Program-made: the position numbers and the translations under genes | Notes under the pieces: model-generated | What the model saw: only the letters and a program-made list of their open reading frames with translations | What the model was told of the DNA's origin: nothing | The model's database searches: none | From: Candidatus Omnitrophota bacterium | GTDB taxonomy: Bacteria; Omnitrophota; Gorgyraeia; Gorgyraeales; Gorgyraeaceae | Direction of reading: 5' to 3' | Assembly: GCA_003485765.1 (NCBI GenBank) | Contig: DNHS01000011.1 | Span: forward strand, 9,929-73,928 | Length of the DNA: 64,000 bases | Shown: piece after piece, positions 21,123 to 30,647 of the stretch | Layout: every line of letters begins with the position of its first letter | How positions within the stretch are numbered: the stretch's first letter is position 1

Positions 21123-22216
21123 TAATTTCTTATCATTATTACCCCGATTAATCCAAATAATATATTTGCCAGGTGAGCTGAGAGGAATGCTGGAAGAGTT
21201 CCGCTTTTACCGAGGGCCATGCAGCTTGCCATAAAGGCATAATATATGAATCCTATCGCGATACTCATACCTATGCCTAATAGAGCAGTGGCTTTGCCTC
21301 TTTGCCTTACCCTCAATGCAAAACCAGCTCCTATTAATATCACCACAAGGTTTATAAAAGGAAGGCTTATTTTTTGATGCAAATCCACGCGGAGCCTTGT
21401 TATCAGCTTGGGAGATGTTTTGGAAAAATTCTTTGTATAATTTAATAGATCGCGAAAACTCATGTATTCATAGTTAGTGCCTTTTGATATAAGGTCTTTA
21501 GGTTTTTCCATATAAATTATCTTTTCCTGAAAAAATTCAGGCGAGCCGATAACTGTTCCTTTATTGTCCAATTTATACGTTAATATATTTGAAAAAACCC
21601 ATTTCCCATCCAGCCATTTCGCTTCATGAGCGCTTATCTTTAATGACACATTGTCTTTTTTGTCTTGCTCCAGTATGGTAATACCCATTGCGGTTTTAGA
21701 GGTTGGATCGAAATTGTCTATGAATATGAGGCGGTTATCTTTGCCGTAAAGCGCGATATTGGATATCATTATTTTGTTAACAGGCTTACTTTTATCAATA
21801 TTTTCTATAGAATTTGCTTTTATAGATTCTGCTTTTCTCATGCTCTGAGGCAGGATTTTTTCAGATATGCTAAACACTAATATTGTTATAGCAAACCCGA
21901 TATATATAAAAGGCATTAGTATTCTATATATGCTTATCCCAGCTGAGCGCATGGCTGTTATCTCTCCGTATTTATTGAGCGCGCCTAGGACATATATGGC
22001 GGAGATTAGGCTTGCCACCGGCGCGGTCTGTATGACAATCAAAGGTATTATTGATAGGTAATATTCCCACAGTATTCCAATGTTAATATTTTGTTTCAGA
22101 ATCTCATCCATGCGCCCAAAAAGATCTATAATAATGTAGAGCACGATGAATACCATAAGGCAATATAAAAAAGGCAGTATAAAATATTTAGTTATGTATT
22201 TATCTAATATTCGCAT
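21122..22216 (-). CDS. lptG: LPS export ABC permease (LptF/LptG family)
   Basis: MRILDKYI, EITAMRSAGIS, KISLPF, LANILF; paired with an lptF-like gene. Confidence 0.85.
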   Translation of the reverse strand: MRILDKYITKYFILPFLYCLMVFIVLYIIIDLFGRMDEILKQNINIGILWEYYLSIIPLIVIQTAPVASLISAIYVLGALNKYGEITAMRSAGISIYRILMPFIYIGFAITILVFSISEKILPQSMRKAESIKANSIENIDKSKPVNKIMISNIALYGKDNRLIFIDNFDPTSKTAMGITILEQDKKDNVSLKISAHEAKWLDGKWVFSNILTYKLDNKGTVIGSPEFFQEKIIYMEKPKDLISKGTNYEYMSFRDLLNYTKNFSKTSPKLITRLRVDLHQKISLPFINLVVILIGAGFALRVRQRGKATALLGIGMSIAIGFIYYAFMASCMALGKSGTLPAFLSAHLANILFGLIGVIMIRN

Positions 22217-22226
22217 ATATTAACCT

Positions 22227-22269
22227 AAACAACTTTACATTTTGACAATGTCAATTTGTAAAGTTGTTT
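22227..22269. repeat. REP-like palindrome (copy 4)
   Basis: AAACAACTTTACA-TT-TTGACAATGTCAA-TT-TGTAAAGTTGTTT between lptF and lptG. Confidence 0.85.
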
Positions 22270-22271
22270 GT

Positions 22272-23369
22272 TCAAGATTCTATGGTTTTGCGTAGCAGTA
22301 CTATACCTACAGCTCCGATTATTATATTCGGCATGTACATCCAGAAGCCCGGGTTCCAAATGCCTTTTAAAGATAAAGCTATGCTCGCAGCCATTAATAT
22401 ATAATATACCACAATTACCCCTAGAGCTATGGCAAACTGTATGGTTTTTTCTCCGCGCCTGGTGAATATGCCGAGAGGTATGCCTATAATTATAAATACT
22501 ATACTCGCAAAGGATATTGAAATCTTCCTATGGAATTCCGTGATAAGCGATGGGGTGTCTACATGGTACTTGCCAAGACGATCGATCTCGTTTTTTATTT
22601 CCTGAAAATTCATTTCCTTGGATTTTTTATCTGTATAACCGCTAGGCGCCATTGATTCGTCTATGTTTAGAGTAAGGTAATACGTTTTGAAGTTCAGTTT
22701 ATAGAAATTTATCGGATTTTTAGGATTTGGCTCGTCGCTTGTGCCATTGATAAGCTTTAACTTGATCGCATTCTGATTATCAAGCGTTATGAATTCTCCT
22801 CTTTCAGCTATTATAGTTCTCGTGGAATGTTCATCCTGCGGCTGATAAATGCGGACGCCTTTGAGTTTATTTTTATCTATTCCATGTATGAATATTATAT
22901 AGCCCTTGAAACTTTTTATAAATACGCCTGGCTCAAGATATGCGGCTGGAGTTTTTATGCCTATATTTTTTATAATTTTTCTGGATTCAAAATGCATCCT
23001 GGGTATTAGATCGTTATTTAATACTATTGAAAGAAGGCTGAATAAAAGGCCTATTACAAGCAGGGGAAAGCTTAACCTGTAGATATTTATGCCGCTTGAG
23101 CGGATAGCTACGATTTCATTATCTCCTGAAAGCCTGCCGAATACAAGCAGCGCAGAGGCCAATATAGACATGGGTATGGTGTAGCTCAATAAAAACGGTA
23201 TTAGATAAAGAAAAAGTTTACCCACGAGCCTTATATCCACACCTTTATTTATTACGAGCTCTGCGAGCTTTATAATATTTCCCACCACAAGAGTAAATGT
23301 GAATATGATGAGGGAAAATACAAACATAACAATAATTTCTTTTATTATATAATTACGCAGTATTTTCAT
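22272..23369 (-). CDS. lptF: LPS export ABC permease (LptF/LptG family)
   Basis: GRLSGDNEIVAIRSSGI, EFHRKIS, GIPLG, MPNII. Confidence 0.85.
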   Translation of the reverse strand: MKILRNYIIKEIIVMFVFSLIIFTFTLVVGNIIKLAELVINKGVDIRLVGKLFLYLIPFLLSYTIPMSILASALLVFGRLSGDNEIVAIRSSGINIYRLSFPLLVIGLLFSLLSIVLNNDLIPRMHFESRKIIKNIGIKTPAAYLEPGVFIKSFKGYIIFIHGIDKNKLKGVRIYQPQDEHSTRTIIAERGEFITLDNQNAIKLKLINGTSDEPNPKNPINFYKLNFKTYYLTLNIDESMAPSGYTDKKSKEMNFQEIKNEIDRLGKYHVDTPSLITEFHRKISISFASIVFIIIGIPLGIFTRRGEKTIQFAIALGVIVVYYILMAASIALSLKGIWNPGFWMYMPNIIIGAVGIVLLRKTIES

Positions 23370-24082
23370 GCGCTATCTCCCCTCGCCAGGGTTATAACCT
23401 CTACGTGTCTTGCGCCTGCATCCTTGAGGACTCTTGAGCATTCGTTTACAGTAGAGCCTGTTGTAAAGAGGTCATCTACCAGCATTATATTTTTATTGCG
23501 GACAATTAAACTGTCTTTTAAAAAGAAGCTCGAGTATAAGTTTTTTATTCTAGCTTCTCTTTTAAGTTTGCTTTGAAGCGGTGTATCTTTTGTTTTCTTT
23601 AAAGTGTTTCTGGAATAAGAAATACCAAGTTTTTTTCCTAAAGCTCTGGCCAGGATATCGGCGTGATTAATTTCTCTTCTGAATAATCTATCAGGATGCA
23701 TTGGTATGGGTAGAATCATCTGAGCGTCTTTTCCGATATTATATTTTTTCATGAAACTAATAATTAAAGTTGTGAAATCTGTTGAAAGAGAGGTTATTTT
23801 TTTATATTTGAAATCATGAATCAAGTCTTTTAGCAGCCCGTCGTAACAGCAGGCTGACCAGGCCCTGTCAAAATATAGCTTATATTTTTTACAGTCTGGA
23901 CATGTGGCTATTAATTCAGAACTTCCTTTAAGCTGCCTGCCGCATTTTACGCAGAAAGGAGGGAGTCTTTCTTTTATCTTCTTAGCGCAATCATCGCAGA
24001 TGTTGCGGTCAAATTCATTTATCTTTTTAGAGCAGGCCCTGCACAGGGCAGGATAGAATAGATTTATTATTGCCCCTAACAT
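23366..24082 (-). CDS. comF: ComF family protein (double zinc ribbon plus PRTase domain)
   Basis: Four CxxC pairs, PIPMH..R...R..N, LVDDLFTTGST. Confidence 0.9.
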   Translation of the reverse strand: MLGAIINLFYPALCRACSKKINEFDRNICDDCAKKIKERLPPFCVKCGRQLKGSSELIATCPDCKKYKLYFDRAWSACCYDGLLKDLIHDFKYKKITSLSTDFTTLIISFMKKYNIGKDAQMILPIPMHPDRLFRREINHADILARALGKKLGISYSRNTLKKTKDTPLQSKLKREARIKNLYSSFFLKDSLIVRNKNIMLVDDLFTTGSTVNECSRVLKDAGARHVEVITLARGDSA

Positions 24083-24177
24083 ATGATAAATATAACATAA
24101 TGAACGAATAAAATCAACCTACAGTTAATCGTCCTCCTCGCGCAATGTTACAAATTTCTTAACATTGTTGCATTTTT

Positions 24178-24927
24178 ATGCTATATTGTCCAGATATGGA
24201 AGATAATAATATTGATAATATAGAGCAAAAGATAAAGAATCTTGAAGAATGGAACAATGAGCGCGCAAATATCAAGCCTATTCTAGAAACGGCTGTTGAC
24301 TGCCATAATAGGGCGCGGCGTGAATCGTATTGGAAGAACTACGAAAAGGCATCGGAGTTTTTCAAACAGGCTATTGAAAACTATAAAAGCGCGCTAAAAC
24401 TCAATCCAAAATATTATCTTCAGGATATTATCGAAAGGGTGGATTCTGTTATAGGGGAGTATATGAATAATATTTTCAACCTCAAAATTTCTGGCGATAG
24501 GTTGAAGACCGAACAAGGCGTAATAGAATATATGGAATTTATAGAAAACCTTAACTCTGAAGAAAAAAAATACATAGACCAGTATGAGATAGCCCTAAGC
24601 TATTTTAAGATAGGAGCTATATATTTTGAGGATGGTAATTTTGACAGGGCATATGAATTTTTTAACAAAACGGCAAGCCTAGAGTGCAACAGGCCTTTTC
24701 TAAATAGAGACACTTATTTTAAGATAGGGCAAATACTTTTTAATAAAAAAAGATTCAAAGAAGCCCTTGTGAATTTTATCTCCGTGCTTTCTTTTGACAG
24801 GGACAATATAAATGCAGTTAACCATCTTGATAAATGCTTAAAGGAATTAAAAATATCCGAACACAGGTTTAAATTCTTGTCTGCAACGCCTAATGAGGCA
24901 AAGAAACTTATAATGGAGGTGTTATGA
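24178..24927 (+). CDS. Tetratricopeptide repeat protein (start may be 24196)
   Basis: AIENYKSALKLNP, YFKIGAIYF..GNFDRA, YFKIGQILF...RFKEA. Confidence 0.75.
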   Translation: MLYCPDMEDNNIDNIEQKIKNLEEWNNERANIKPILETAVDCHNRARRESYWKNYEKASEFFKQAIENYKSALKLNPKYYLQDIIERVDSVIGEYMNNIFNLKISGDRLKTEQGVIEYMEFIENLNSEEKKYIDQYEIALSYFKIGAIYFEDGNFDRAYEFFNKTASLECNRPFLNRDTYFKIGQILFNKKRFKEALVNFISVLSFDRDNINAVNHLDKCLKELKISEHRFKFLSATPNEAKKLIMEVL

Positions 24928-25307
24928 TAAACGATATCTTCAAGGAAAAAAGAAAGTATCCCAGAGTTGAATTAAAGCTGAGCGCCAAGTATAAAGTGCT
25001 TGATTACGAACAGGTATTTCAGTTTACGAGGACGGAGAATATTTCTGCGGAAGGCGCGTCCTTTGAGTCCAGGGAACTCTTAAAGCCGGGGGTTTATGTG
25101 CAGCTTGAAGTAGATCTTGAAGATGCACTTCCGCCTATATCCATGGTGGCTGAGATAAGATGGATAGGAGATATAAAATCTGATAGAGATAAGAAATATA
25201 TCAATGGCGTCAAGATTATAAGCATGCCTGTGAAAGATGAAGCCAGATTTTTAAGATATTACTGCGACAAAATAGTTGAGAAGTTATCAGCTTATCTTAG
25301 AAAATAG
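24924..25307 (+). CDS. PilZ domain protein
   Basis: RKYPR (RxxxR) and NISAEG (D/NxSxxG). Confidence 0.85.
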   Translation: MINDIFKEKRKYPRVELKLSAKYKVLDYEQVFQFTRTENISAEGASFESRELLKPGVYVQLEVDLEDALPPISMVAEIRWIGDIKSDRDKKYINGVKIISMPVKDEARFLRYYCDKIVEKLSAYLRK

Positions 25308-25329
25308 TATAAACGAAAGGGGGATTAGT

Positions 25330-25716
25330 ATGGTAATGCGTTTAATTATGATTTTTGTGTTACTGACGGGTTTGACCGGCTGCCTCAAAAAGGCTGTAGA
25401 TGAAAATGCGTCCATGGAGTCTGCTGTTACAGAAGAGGCGGTGGTAGATGTTGCTCAAGAGCCGCAGGCTAGCCAAGGGAAAAGCGTTTCTGTGGAACCT
25501 GCTGTTAGTCAGGCGGCAACGGTTGAAAAACCAAGTGTCCAGGATATACAGCAGGCTTTGAAAAATGCCGATCTTTATGAAGGCAAGATAGATGGCATCC
25601 TTGGCCCAAATACCAGAAAGGCTATAGAAGCTTTCCAGTCTCAGAATGGTTTAAAAGTAGATGCTAAGGCCGGCCCAAAGACATGGCAGAAACTAAAAGA
25701 ATATCTTGTTAAATGA
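25330..25716 (+). CDS. Lipoprotein with peptidoglycan-binding domain
   Basis: Lipobox LTGC; IQQALK...IDGILGPNTRKAIEAFQSQNGLKVDAKAGPKTW. Confidence 0.85.
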   Translation: MVMRLIMIFVLLTGLTGCLKKAVDENASMESAVTEEAVVDVAQEPQASQGKSVSVEPAVSQAATVEKPSVQDIQQALKNADLYEGKIDGILGPNTRKAIEAFQSQNGLKVDAKAGPKTWQKLKEYLVK

Positions 25717-26369
25717 ACCCAGATAATCAAAAGAGATATGATATAATTTATGAAGATGAGCATATTTTTATAATCAATAAACCTTCCGGGATATTAGTGG
25801 TGCCTACCCCAAAAGGAGAAACAAATACCCTTACGGATCTTTTGAATCAGGAGTTGGATAGGCGTGGCGCTTTGGCCAACGCCTATCCATGCCACAGGAT
25901 TGACAGGGAGACATCAGGCCTTATAATTTACGCAAAAGGCAAATCTATCCAAGATGCCATGATGGAGCAGTTTAAAAAACATCTTGTAAAAAAGACGTAT
26001 ATCGCTTTTGTTCACGGCGCTGTGCGGAAAAACTCTGACACCTTACAAGGCAATGTTTACAATAAAAAGAAAAGAAAACGAGAGTTCATGATCACGAAAT
26101 TCAAAGTCCTTGAAAGAAGAAAGGATTTTACGATAGTCGAGGTGAAGCCTGTTACCGGAAGGACAAATCAGATCAGGATACATTTTAAAGGACTTGGCCA
26201 TCCCTTGGTTGGAGAGAGCGTATATGCCTTCAGGAAGGATTTTAAACTGAGATTTAAAAGGGTTGCGCTTCACGCAAAGGCATTAGAATTCAATCATCCT
26301 GTAACAGGAAAAAGAATGAATTTTAATTTGCCGTTGCCGGATGATATGGTAAACTTTATACAAAAATGA
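25713..26369 (+). CDS. RluA family pseudouridine synthase
   Basis: NKPSG, HRIDRETSG, TGRTNQIRIH, LHA. Confidence 0.93.
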   Translation: MNPDNQKRYDIIYEDEHIFIINKPSGILVVPTPKGETNTLTDLLNQELDRRGALANAYPCHRIDRETSGLIIYAKGKSIQDAMMEQFKKHLVKKTYIAFVHGAVRKNSDTLQGNVYNKKKRKREFMITKFKVLERRKDFTIVEVKPVTGRTNQIRIHFKGLGHPLVGESVYAFRKDFKLRFKRVALHAKALEFNHPVTGKRMNFNLPLPDDMVNFIQK

Positions 26370-27379
26370 AAATAACCATAGAGCTTTTATTGCTGGTAAT
26401 TTTACTTTTGATAGGCGCTTTGACAGCTGCGTCAGAGACGTCTATTATTGCGGCTAGTATTATAAAATTGAGGCGGCTTGCAGCTGACGGGTCAAAGAGC
26501 GCCAGGATGATATTAAAGATTCTAGAAGCCCCGGAAAGATTTTTCGGGACAATAGTTGTTGCCAATAATATAGTAAACTCATTCATAGCTTCTATTATTA
26601 CGGTTATAGTGATTTCTTTTATCGGCGAAAACTCCAAAAGCATACTCCTGGCGACTTTGATAGCGTCTTTTCTTATAATAGTCTTAGAGGTGGCTGCTAA
26701 GACGCTTTCAGCAGGAAATCCTATAAGGATATCGCTGGCTCTTGTGAGAATGGTAAAGGTTCTGGTATTTATACTATCTCCTGCGGTCAAGGGCCTTTCA
26801 GTGATTACAAATTTTATAGTAAATCTTCTTGGTGGAAAGACAAAAGGCAAACCCTCTCTTGTAGTGGAGGACGAGATAAAAGCGCTCATCAGGATAGGTG
26901 AGGAGGAAAGCCCCCGCCATAAAGATAAATACAAAATGCTTTCTAAGGTATTCGAATTCAGCAATACTGTCGTCAGGACTGTAATGATACCAAAAGATAG
27001 AATGATTTTGATCGATATAGGTTCAAATATAGGAGATATACTGGATAAGGTCCTTGAGTCAGGCCATTCCAGGCTGCCTGTCTATAAAGATAATCCGGAC
27101 AATATAATCGGAGTTATAAACATGAAAGATTTATTGAATCTTTCCGTCAATAGAGACCTTGTGATCTTGCAGGATATAATATATCCGCCTATATTTGTGC
27201 CTGATTCCAAGAATGTGGCAGAGCTACTAAAGGAATTCCAGAAAGGCCACACCCACCTGGCTATTATAATTGATTCGTACGGCAAGATTCAGGGACTGGT
27301 GACTATGGAGGATCTGCTTGAGGAAATAGTGGGCGAGATCGAGGATGAGCACGATATCAGGAAAAAAGTAAGGAAATGA
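26366..27379 (+). CDS. CNNM/hemolysin (CorB/CorC-like) CBS-domain membrane protein
   Basis: ASETS, CNNM TM region, HSRLPVY, VTMEDLLEEIVGEIEDE. Confidence 0.88.
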   Translation: MKITIELLLLVILLLIGALTAASETSIIAASIIKLRRLAADGSKSARMILKILEAPERFFGTIVVANNIVNSFIASIITVIVISFIGENSKSILLATLIASFLIIVLEVAAKTLSAGNPIRISLALVRMVKVLVFILSPAVKGLSVITNFIVNLLGGKTKGKPSLVVEDEIKALIRIGEEESPRHKDKYKMLSKVFEFSNTVVRTVMIPKDRMILIDIGSNIGDILDKVLESGHSRLPVYKDNPDNIIGVINMKDLLNLSVNRDLVILQDIIYPPIFVPDSKNVAELLKEFQKGHTHLAIIIDSYGKIQGLVTMEDLLEEIVGEIEDEHDIRKKVRK

Positions 27380-27474
27380 AGCCCGCATGGGCTTAAGTTC
27401 AGTATTCCTTGGGCGGAATACTGAGCGGCCAATCGCTATTTCGTACCCTGAAGGTCGCGGTTTTGTGGCCGCGA
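27379..27474. repeat. GC-rich multi-hairpin intergenic element
   Basis: AAGCCC/GGGCTT, GTTCAGTATTCC/GGAATACTGAGC and GCGGCCA/TGGCCGC stems in series. Confidence 0.55.
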
Positions 27475-27482
27475 ATGTATAA

Positions 27483-28670
27483 ATGCAAAAATTTGATATT
27501 GCTATTCTAGGAGGCGGAGCGGCAGGTATAATTGCGGCTATTAGTGCCGGCCGAAAAGGTAAAAAAGTAGTTATTTGCGAAAAGATGCCGCAGCTAGGAA
27601 AAAAGATTCTTATTTCAGGAGCTGGAAGATGTAATATTTCCAACCATGATCTAAGCGAGGCGCATTATAATCCTGAAGCAAGGGGAATTGTAAAAAGCGT
27701 ATTTTCCAGGTTCGGCAGAGAAAGAATAGAAAAATTTTTTAATGAACTCGGGTTAAAGCTCTATTCTGATGGAAAAAGAATCTTTCCTGTCACAAATCAA
27801 GCTGCGAGCGTCTTAAAAGTTTTAGAAGAAGAGCTTAAAAATCTAAAGATATCTATAGAATTTGATTTTGAAGTGAATCATATTGCTGGCTCAGCCAATG
27901 GATTTATAGTGAAATCTAAAAGCGGCAAAACCATCTCATGCGATTCTATTGTAATAACTGGAGGCGGAAAAACCTATCCGAGCCTTGGTTCTGATGGAAG
28001 CTGTTACGGTTTAGCCAAAGCGTTTGGCCATAAAATAATAGAACCTGTCCCAAGCGCTGTGCCGCTTTTAGCAAAAGACAGATTTTGCCATTTGCTTCAA
28101 GGCCAGAAAATACAATGCATTGCAAAAAGCATAATAGATGGTAAGATACAAAAAGAAATAGAAGGGGAATTACTTTTTACAAAATATGGGTTATCAGGCA
28201 CTGCTATACTGGATATAAGCGAGGATATTTCAATAGCGATAAATAGGCTTGGAAAGATTGGCGTGCAGGTTTCGATTGATATGGCGCCTTTTATTGATAA
28301 ACCCAGCCTTAAGAAAGAGATTGAAACGAGAATTTCCAGGCATTTTGCAATTGAAAATCTAATGATAGGCATTCTGCCTAATAAATTCAGCCTTGTTTTC
28401 AGGGATTTATTCAAAGGCGCAAGCGTTGAAAAAATAGTAGATATGTTAAAAGACAAAAGATTTGATATAATAGGCGCAAAAGGCTGGAACGAGGCGGAGT
28501 TTACAGCAGGCGGCTTGGATATTAAAGATATAAAAGAAGGCACCTTGGAATCAAAATTAAAAAAGAGAGTTTATTTTGCAGGAGAAATCCTGAATGTAAA
28601 TGGCGAACGAGGCGGGTACAATCTTGCCTGGGCATGGGCATCAGGCTTTGTAGCCGGACTAACAGAATAA
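27483..28670 (+). CDS. HI0933/YhiN (BaiN-like) flavoprotein
   Basis: GKKILISGAGRCN, GGKTYPSLGSDG, GLSGTAIL, GGYNLAWAWASG. Confidence 0.92.
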   Translation: MQKFDIAILGGGAAGIIAAISAGRKGKKVVICEKMPQLGKKILISGAGRCNISNHDLSEAHYNPEARGIVKSVFSRFGRERIEKFFNELGLKLYSDGKRIFPVTNQAASVLKVLEEELKNLKISIEFDFEVNHIAGSANGFIVKSKSGKTISCDSIVITGGGKTYPSLGSDGSCYGLAKAFGHKIIEPVPSAVPLLAKDRFCHLLQGQKIQCIAKSIIDGKIQKEIEGELLFTKYGLSGTAILDISEDISIAINRLGKIGVQVSIDMAPFIDKPSLKKEIETRISRHFAIENLMIGILPNKFSLVFRDLFKGASVEKIVDMLKDKRFDIIGAKGWNEAEFTAGGLDIKDIKEGTLESKLKKRVYFAGEILNVNGERGGYNLAWAWASGFVAGLTE

Positions 28671-28686
28671 AAAAAGGGGGTAGCGT

Positions 28687-28920
28687 ATGCCGTACGATGC
28701 AAGTCTTGATAAGGAAGTATTTGCTAAATCTAATGAAAATGATGATGGGAAAATCACAGTGAGTGTCCATTCTTACAATAATGGCCCTAAGAAATTGCAG
28801 ATAGTAAGGGAAAATAGAGACCAGGAAGGCGGCTTTAGATTTGCAAAGCTCGGGAGAATGACCAAGGATGAAGCCCAAGCAATCCTGCCTTTTATCCAGG
28901 AAGCCCTGTCCAGTATGTAA
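28687..28920 (+). CDS. Small conserved protein, possibly PC4/YdbC-like ssDNA-binding
   Basis: 77 aa; VHSYNNGPKKLQI.R...FAKLGRMTKDE; purine-rich RBS. Confidence 0.6.
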   Translation: MPYDASLDKEVFAKSNENDDGKITVSVHSYNNGPKKLQIVRENRDQEGGFRFAKLGRMTKDEAQAILPFIQEALSSM

Positions 28921-28930
28921 TGCAGACAAT

Positions 28931-28978
28931 ATAAAAGTTTTCATTCAGAGTTTTGGATGTCAGATGGCTGCGCTATAG
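28931..28978 (+). pseudogene. miaB: Displaced 5' fragment of miaB
   Basis: Translates IKVFIQSFGCQM-AAL*, matching the MiaB N-terminal motif also present at 31961-31990 (VYIRTFGCQM). Confidence 0.75.
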
Positions 28979-29085
28979 GGGGACTATGGAGAAGATAGCG
29001 CAAACGCTAATTAAGCTGGAGTAAGGCAGGAAAAGCGGATTTGAGTGATAAATTGGTATGAAGATGTCAGGTGCATACATTTTTC

Positions 29086-29169
29086 TTGACTCCGGTTTGG
29101 TTCATGGTAAAATGTCCACTAATAGGAAATGTCCACTATTAAGTGGACATTTATAGGAAATGGACATTT
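29086..29169 (+). promoter_or_regulatory. Promoter and nested inverted-repeat operator of the AbiEi-like operon
   Basis: TTGACT, 16 nt, TAAAAT (TGn). AAATGTCCA(CT) at 29110 and 29127 is mirrored by (AG)TGGACATTT at 29142 and 29161. Confidence 0.75.
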
Positions 29170-29188
29170 AGAAGAGGGAGTAACTACA

Positions 29189-29863
29189 ATGAAAATACTC
29201 TTGGGTGATAAGGCCAACATAATCATACGCGTCATGATGTCTCAGCCCGACAGGAAGTGGGTTGCGAGAGACTTTGAGAAAGAGTTTGGCGTAGGTCGCG
29301 CGCGCGCGGCCGCGGTATTATCCGCATTACGCGTGAAGGGGTTTGTCGGCGGAATTCGTTCCGGCAGGCTTGCTCATAGCGTATTGCAAAACAAAGAGGA
29401 GCTACTCGAGGAATGGCTCAAGGTTTATAAGTTTGAGCTTAATGAAGCACATCTTTATTACTCAGCTCGTGAAGATATTTTAAGTCGCTTAAAAGAATAT
29501 TTCGCGGCCAAGAATGAATCCAAGAAGTACGCCTTAACGCTTCATACCGGCGCGAATTTTATTACGCATTACGTAAATACACCAACGATATATTGCTATT
29601 TGTCGGCTGAAAAATTCAAGAATGCTTCGCTGGACTTAAGACAGTCTCTTGACCTTAAAGAATTGAAGAAAGGCGGTAATATTTATTTAATAAAACCGTA
29701 CTATAAAAATACTGTATTTTTCAATACCCAAACGATAAAAGACTACAACGTTGTTTCGGATCTCCAGCTTTACTTGGATCTGTACCACTTTCCGCAGAGA
29801 GGCAGAGATCATGCGGAATATTTGCTAAAAACCTTAAAAGAGGAAGGAAAGAACATTGTCTAA
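29189..29863 (+). CDS. Type IV toxin-antitoxin AbiEi-like antitoxin / wHTH regulator
   Basis: N-terminal HTH, LLEEW, YALT...GA, VSDLQLYLDLY..PQRG.D.AE; RBS GAGGGAG before ATG 29189. Confidence 0.8.
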   Translation: MKILLGDKANIIIRVMMSQPDRKWVARDFEKEFGVGRARAAAVLSALRVKGFVGGIRSGRLAHSVLQNKEELLEEWLKVYKFELNEAHLYYSAREDILSRLKEYFAAKNESKKYALTLHTGANFITHYVNTPTIYCYLSAEKFKNASLDLRQSLDLKELKKGGNIYLIKPYYKNTVFFNTQTIKDYNVVSDLQLYLDLYHFPQRGRDHAEYLLKTLKEEGKNIV

Positions 29864-30647
29864 AGAATTTTCCGGAGAAAAACTCCTCATCAAAGTCATA
29901 GACGATCTTGCAGATTTCTTGCCGTATTTGGTCCTTGTCGGAGGTTGGGTGCCATATATCTACGCCAGATATATTTGGAAGAATGTCCCCAATATGGCAG
30001 TAACAACTGGAGACATAGACTTTGGTGTTGGCGCACAGGATTACAACGGCAAGGATACTGTCGCTTCCTGTGTGCAAAGACTGGGTTACGGAGAGCGCCA
30101 TGTTTCTATGGATAGGTCATTTCCATTCGTTCCTATTGTTAAAGACGCCTCTGGAGACGTGAAAGCCGAAGTTGAATTTATTACTGATCCCAAGGTCTCG
30201 AGAAAGCTTGTAAATAAAATCGTAGGCCAAGAGATCAAGATCAATGAGATTCAGCATTTCAGTTTACTGCTTGGTTCCGTTTTAACGGCGCAAATGGACC
30301 TAAAGAGTATTCAGATACCGACCGAATCGATGTTTACTTTCCACAAATTACTTACATTTGTCGATCGGGAGAATAAGGAGAAATTAAGGAAGGATCTGTA
30401 TTACGTTTACTATATGCTGAGATTCTGCCCTAAAAGGGAACAACTTGCTGATGATGTGGTTGCTCTTATTAAAAAACGAAAAGAAGGAAAACAGGTAAAC
30501 GAAAATCTCAAAGAGTATTTCAGTAGCGTGGATTCAAAAGGACCTCTTTTTGTAGAGCAGGAAAACGGCCCAGATGCTTATATTGATAATGTGAGACAGG
30601 ATGCCTTTGATAAGTTTAGCGGAATCAGGGGAAGGGTTGAGGAGTGA
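29856..30647 (+). CDS. Nucleotidyltransferase (AbiEii/GSU2403-like), probable toxin
   Basis: LVLVGGW, TTGDIDF, VEF, HKL, KD.Y; overlaps the antitoxin stop. Confidence 0.75.
   Translation: MSKEFSGEKLLIKVIDDLADFLPYLVLVGGWVPYIYARYIWKNVPNMAVTTGDIDFGVGAQDYNGKDTVASCVQRLGYGERHVSMDRSFPFVPIVKDASGDVKAEVEFITDPKVSRKLVNKIVGQEIKINEIQHFSLLLGSVLTAQMDLKSIQIPTESMFTFHKLLTFVDRENKEKLRKDLYYVYYMLRFCPKREQLADDVVALIKKRKEGKQVNENLKEYFSSVDSKGPLFVEQENGPDAYIDNVRQDAFDKFSGIRGRVEE

Noticed and set aside
24143-24167. Inverted repeat CAATGTTA-N9-TAACATTG in the comF/TPR divergent gap
   Set aside because: It could be an operator, but it is a single short AT-rich instance with no cognate regulator nearby.
29110-29169. Short repeats as a possible CRISPR array or iterons
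   Set aside because: Only four 9-12 bp boxes in inverted arrangement, with no unique spacers and no cas or rep gene; an operator fits better.
29129-29188. ORF-track start for the AbiEi-like gene at 29129
   Set aside because: It lies inside the operator; ATG 29189 has a clear RBS.
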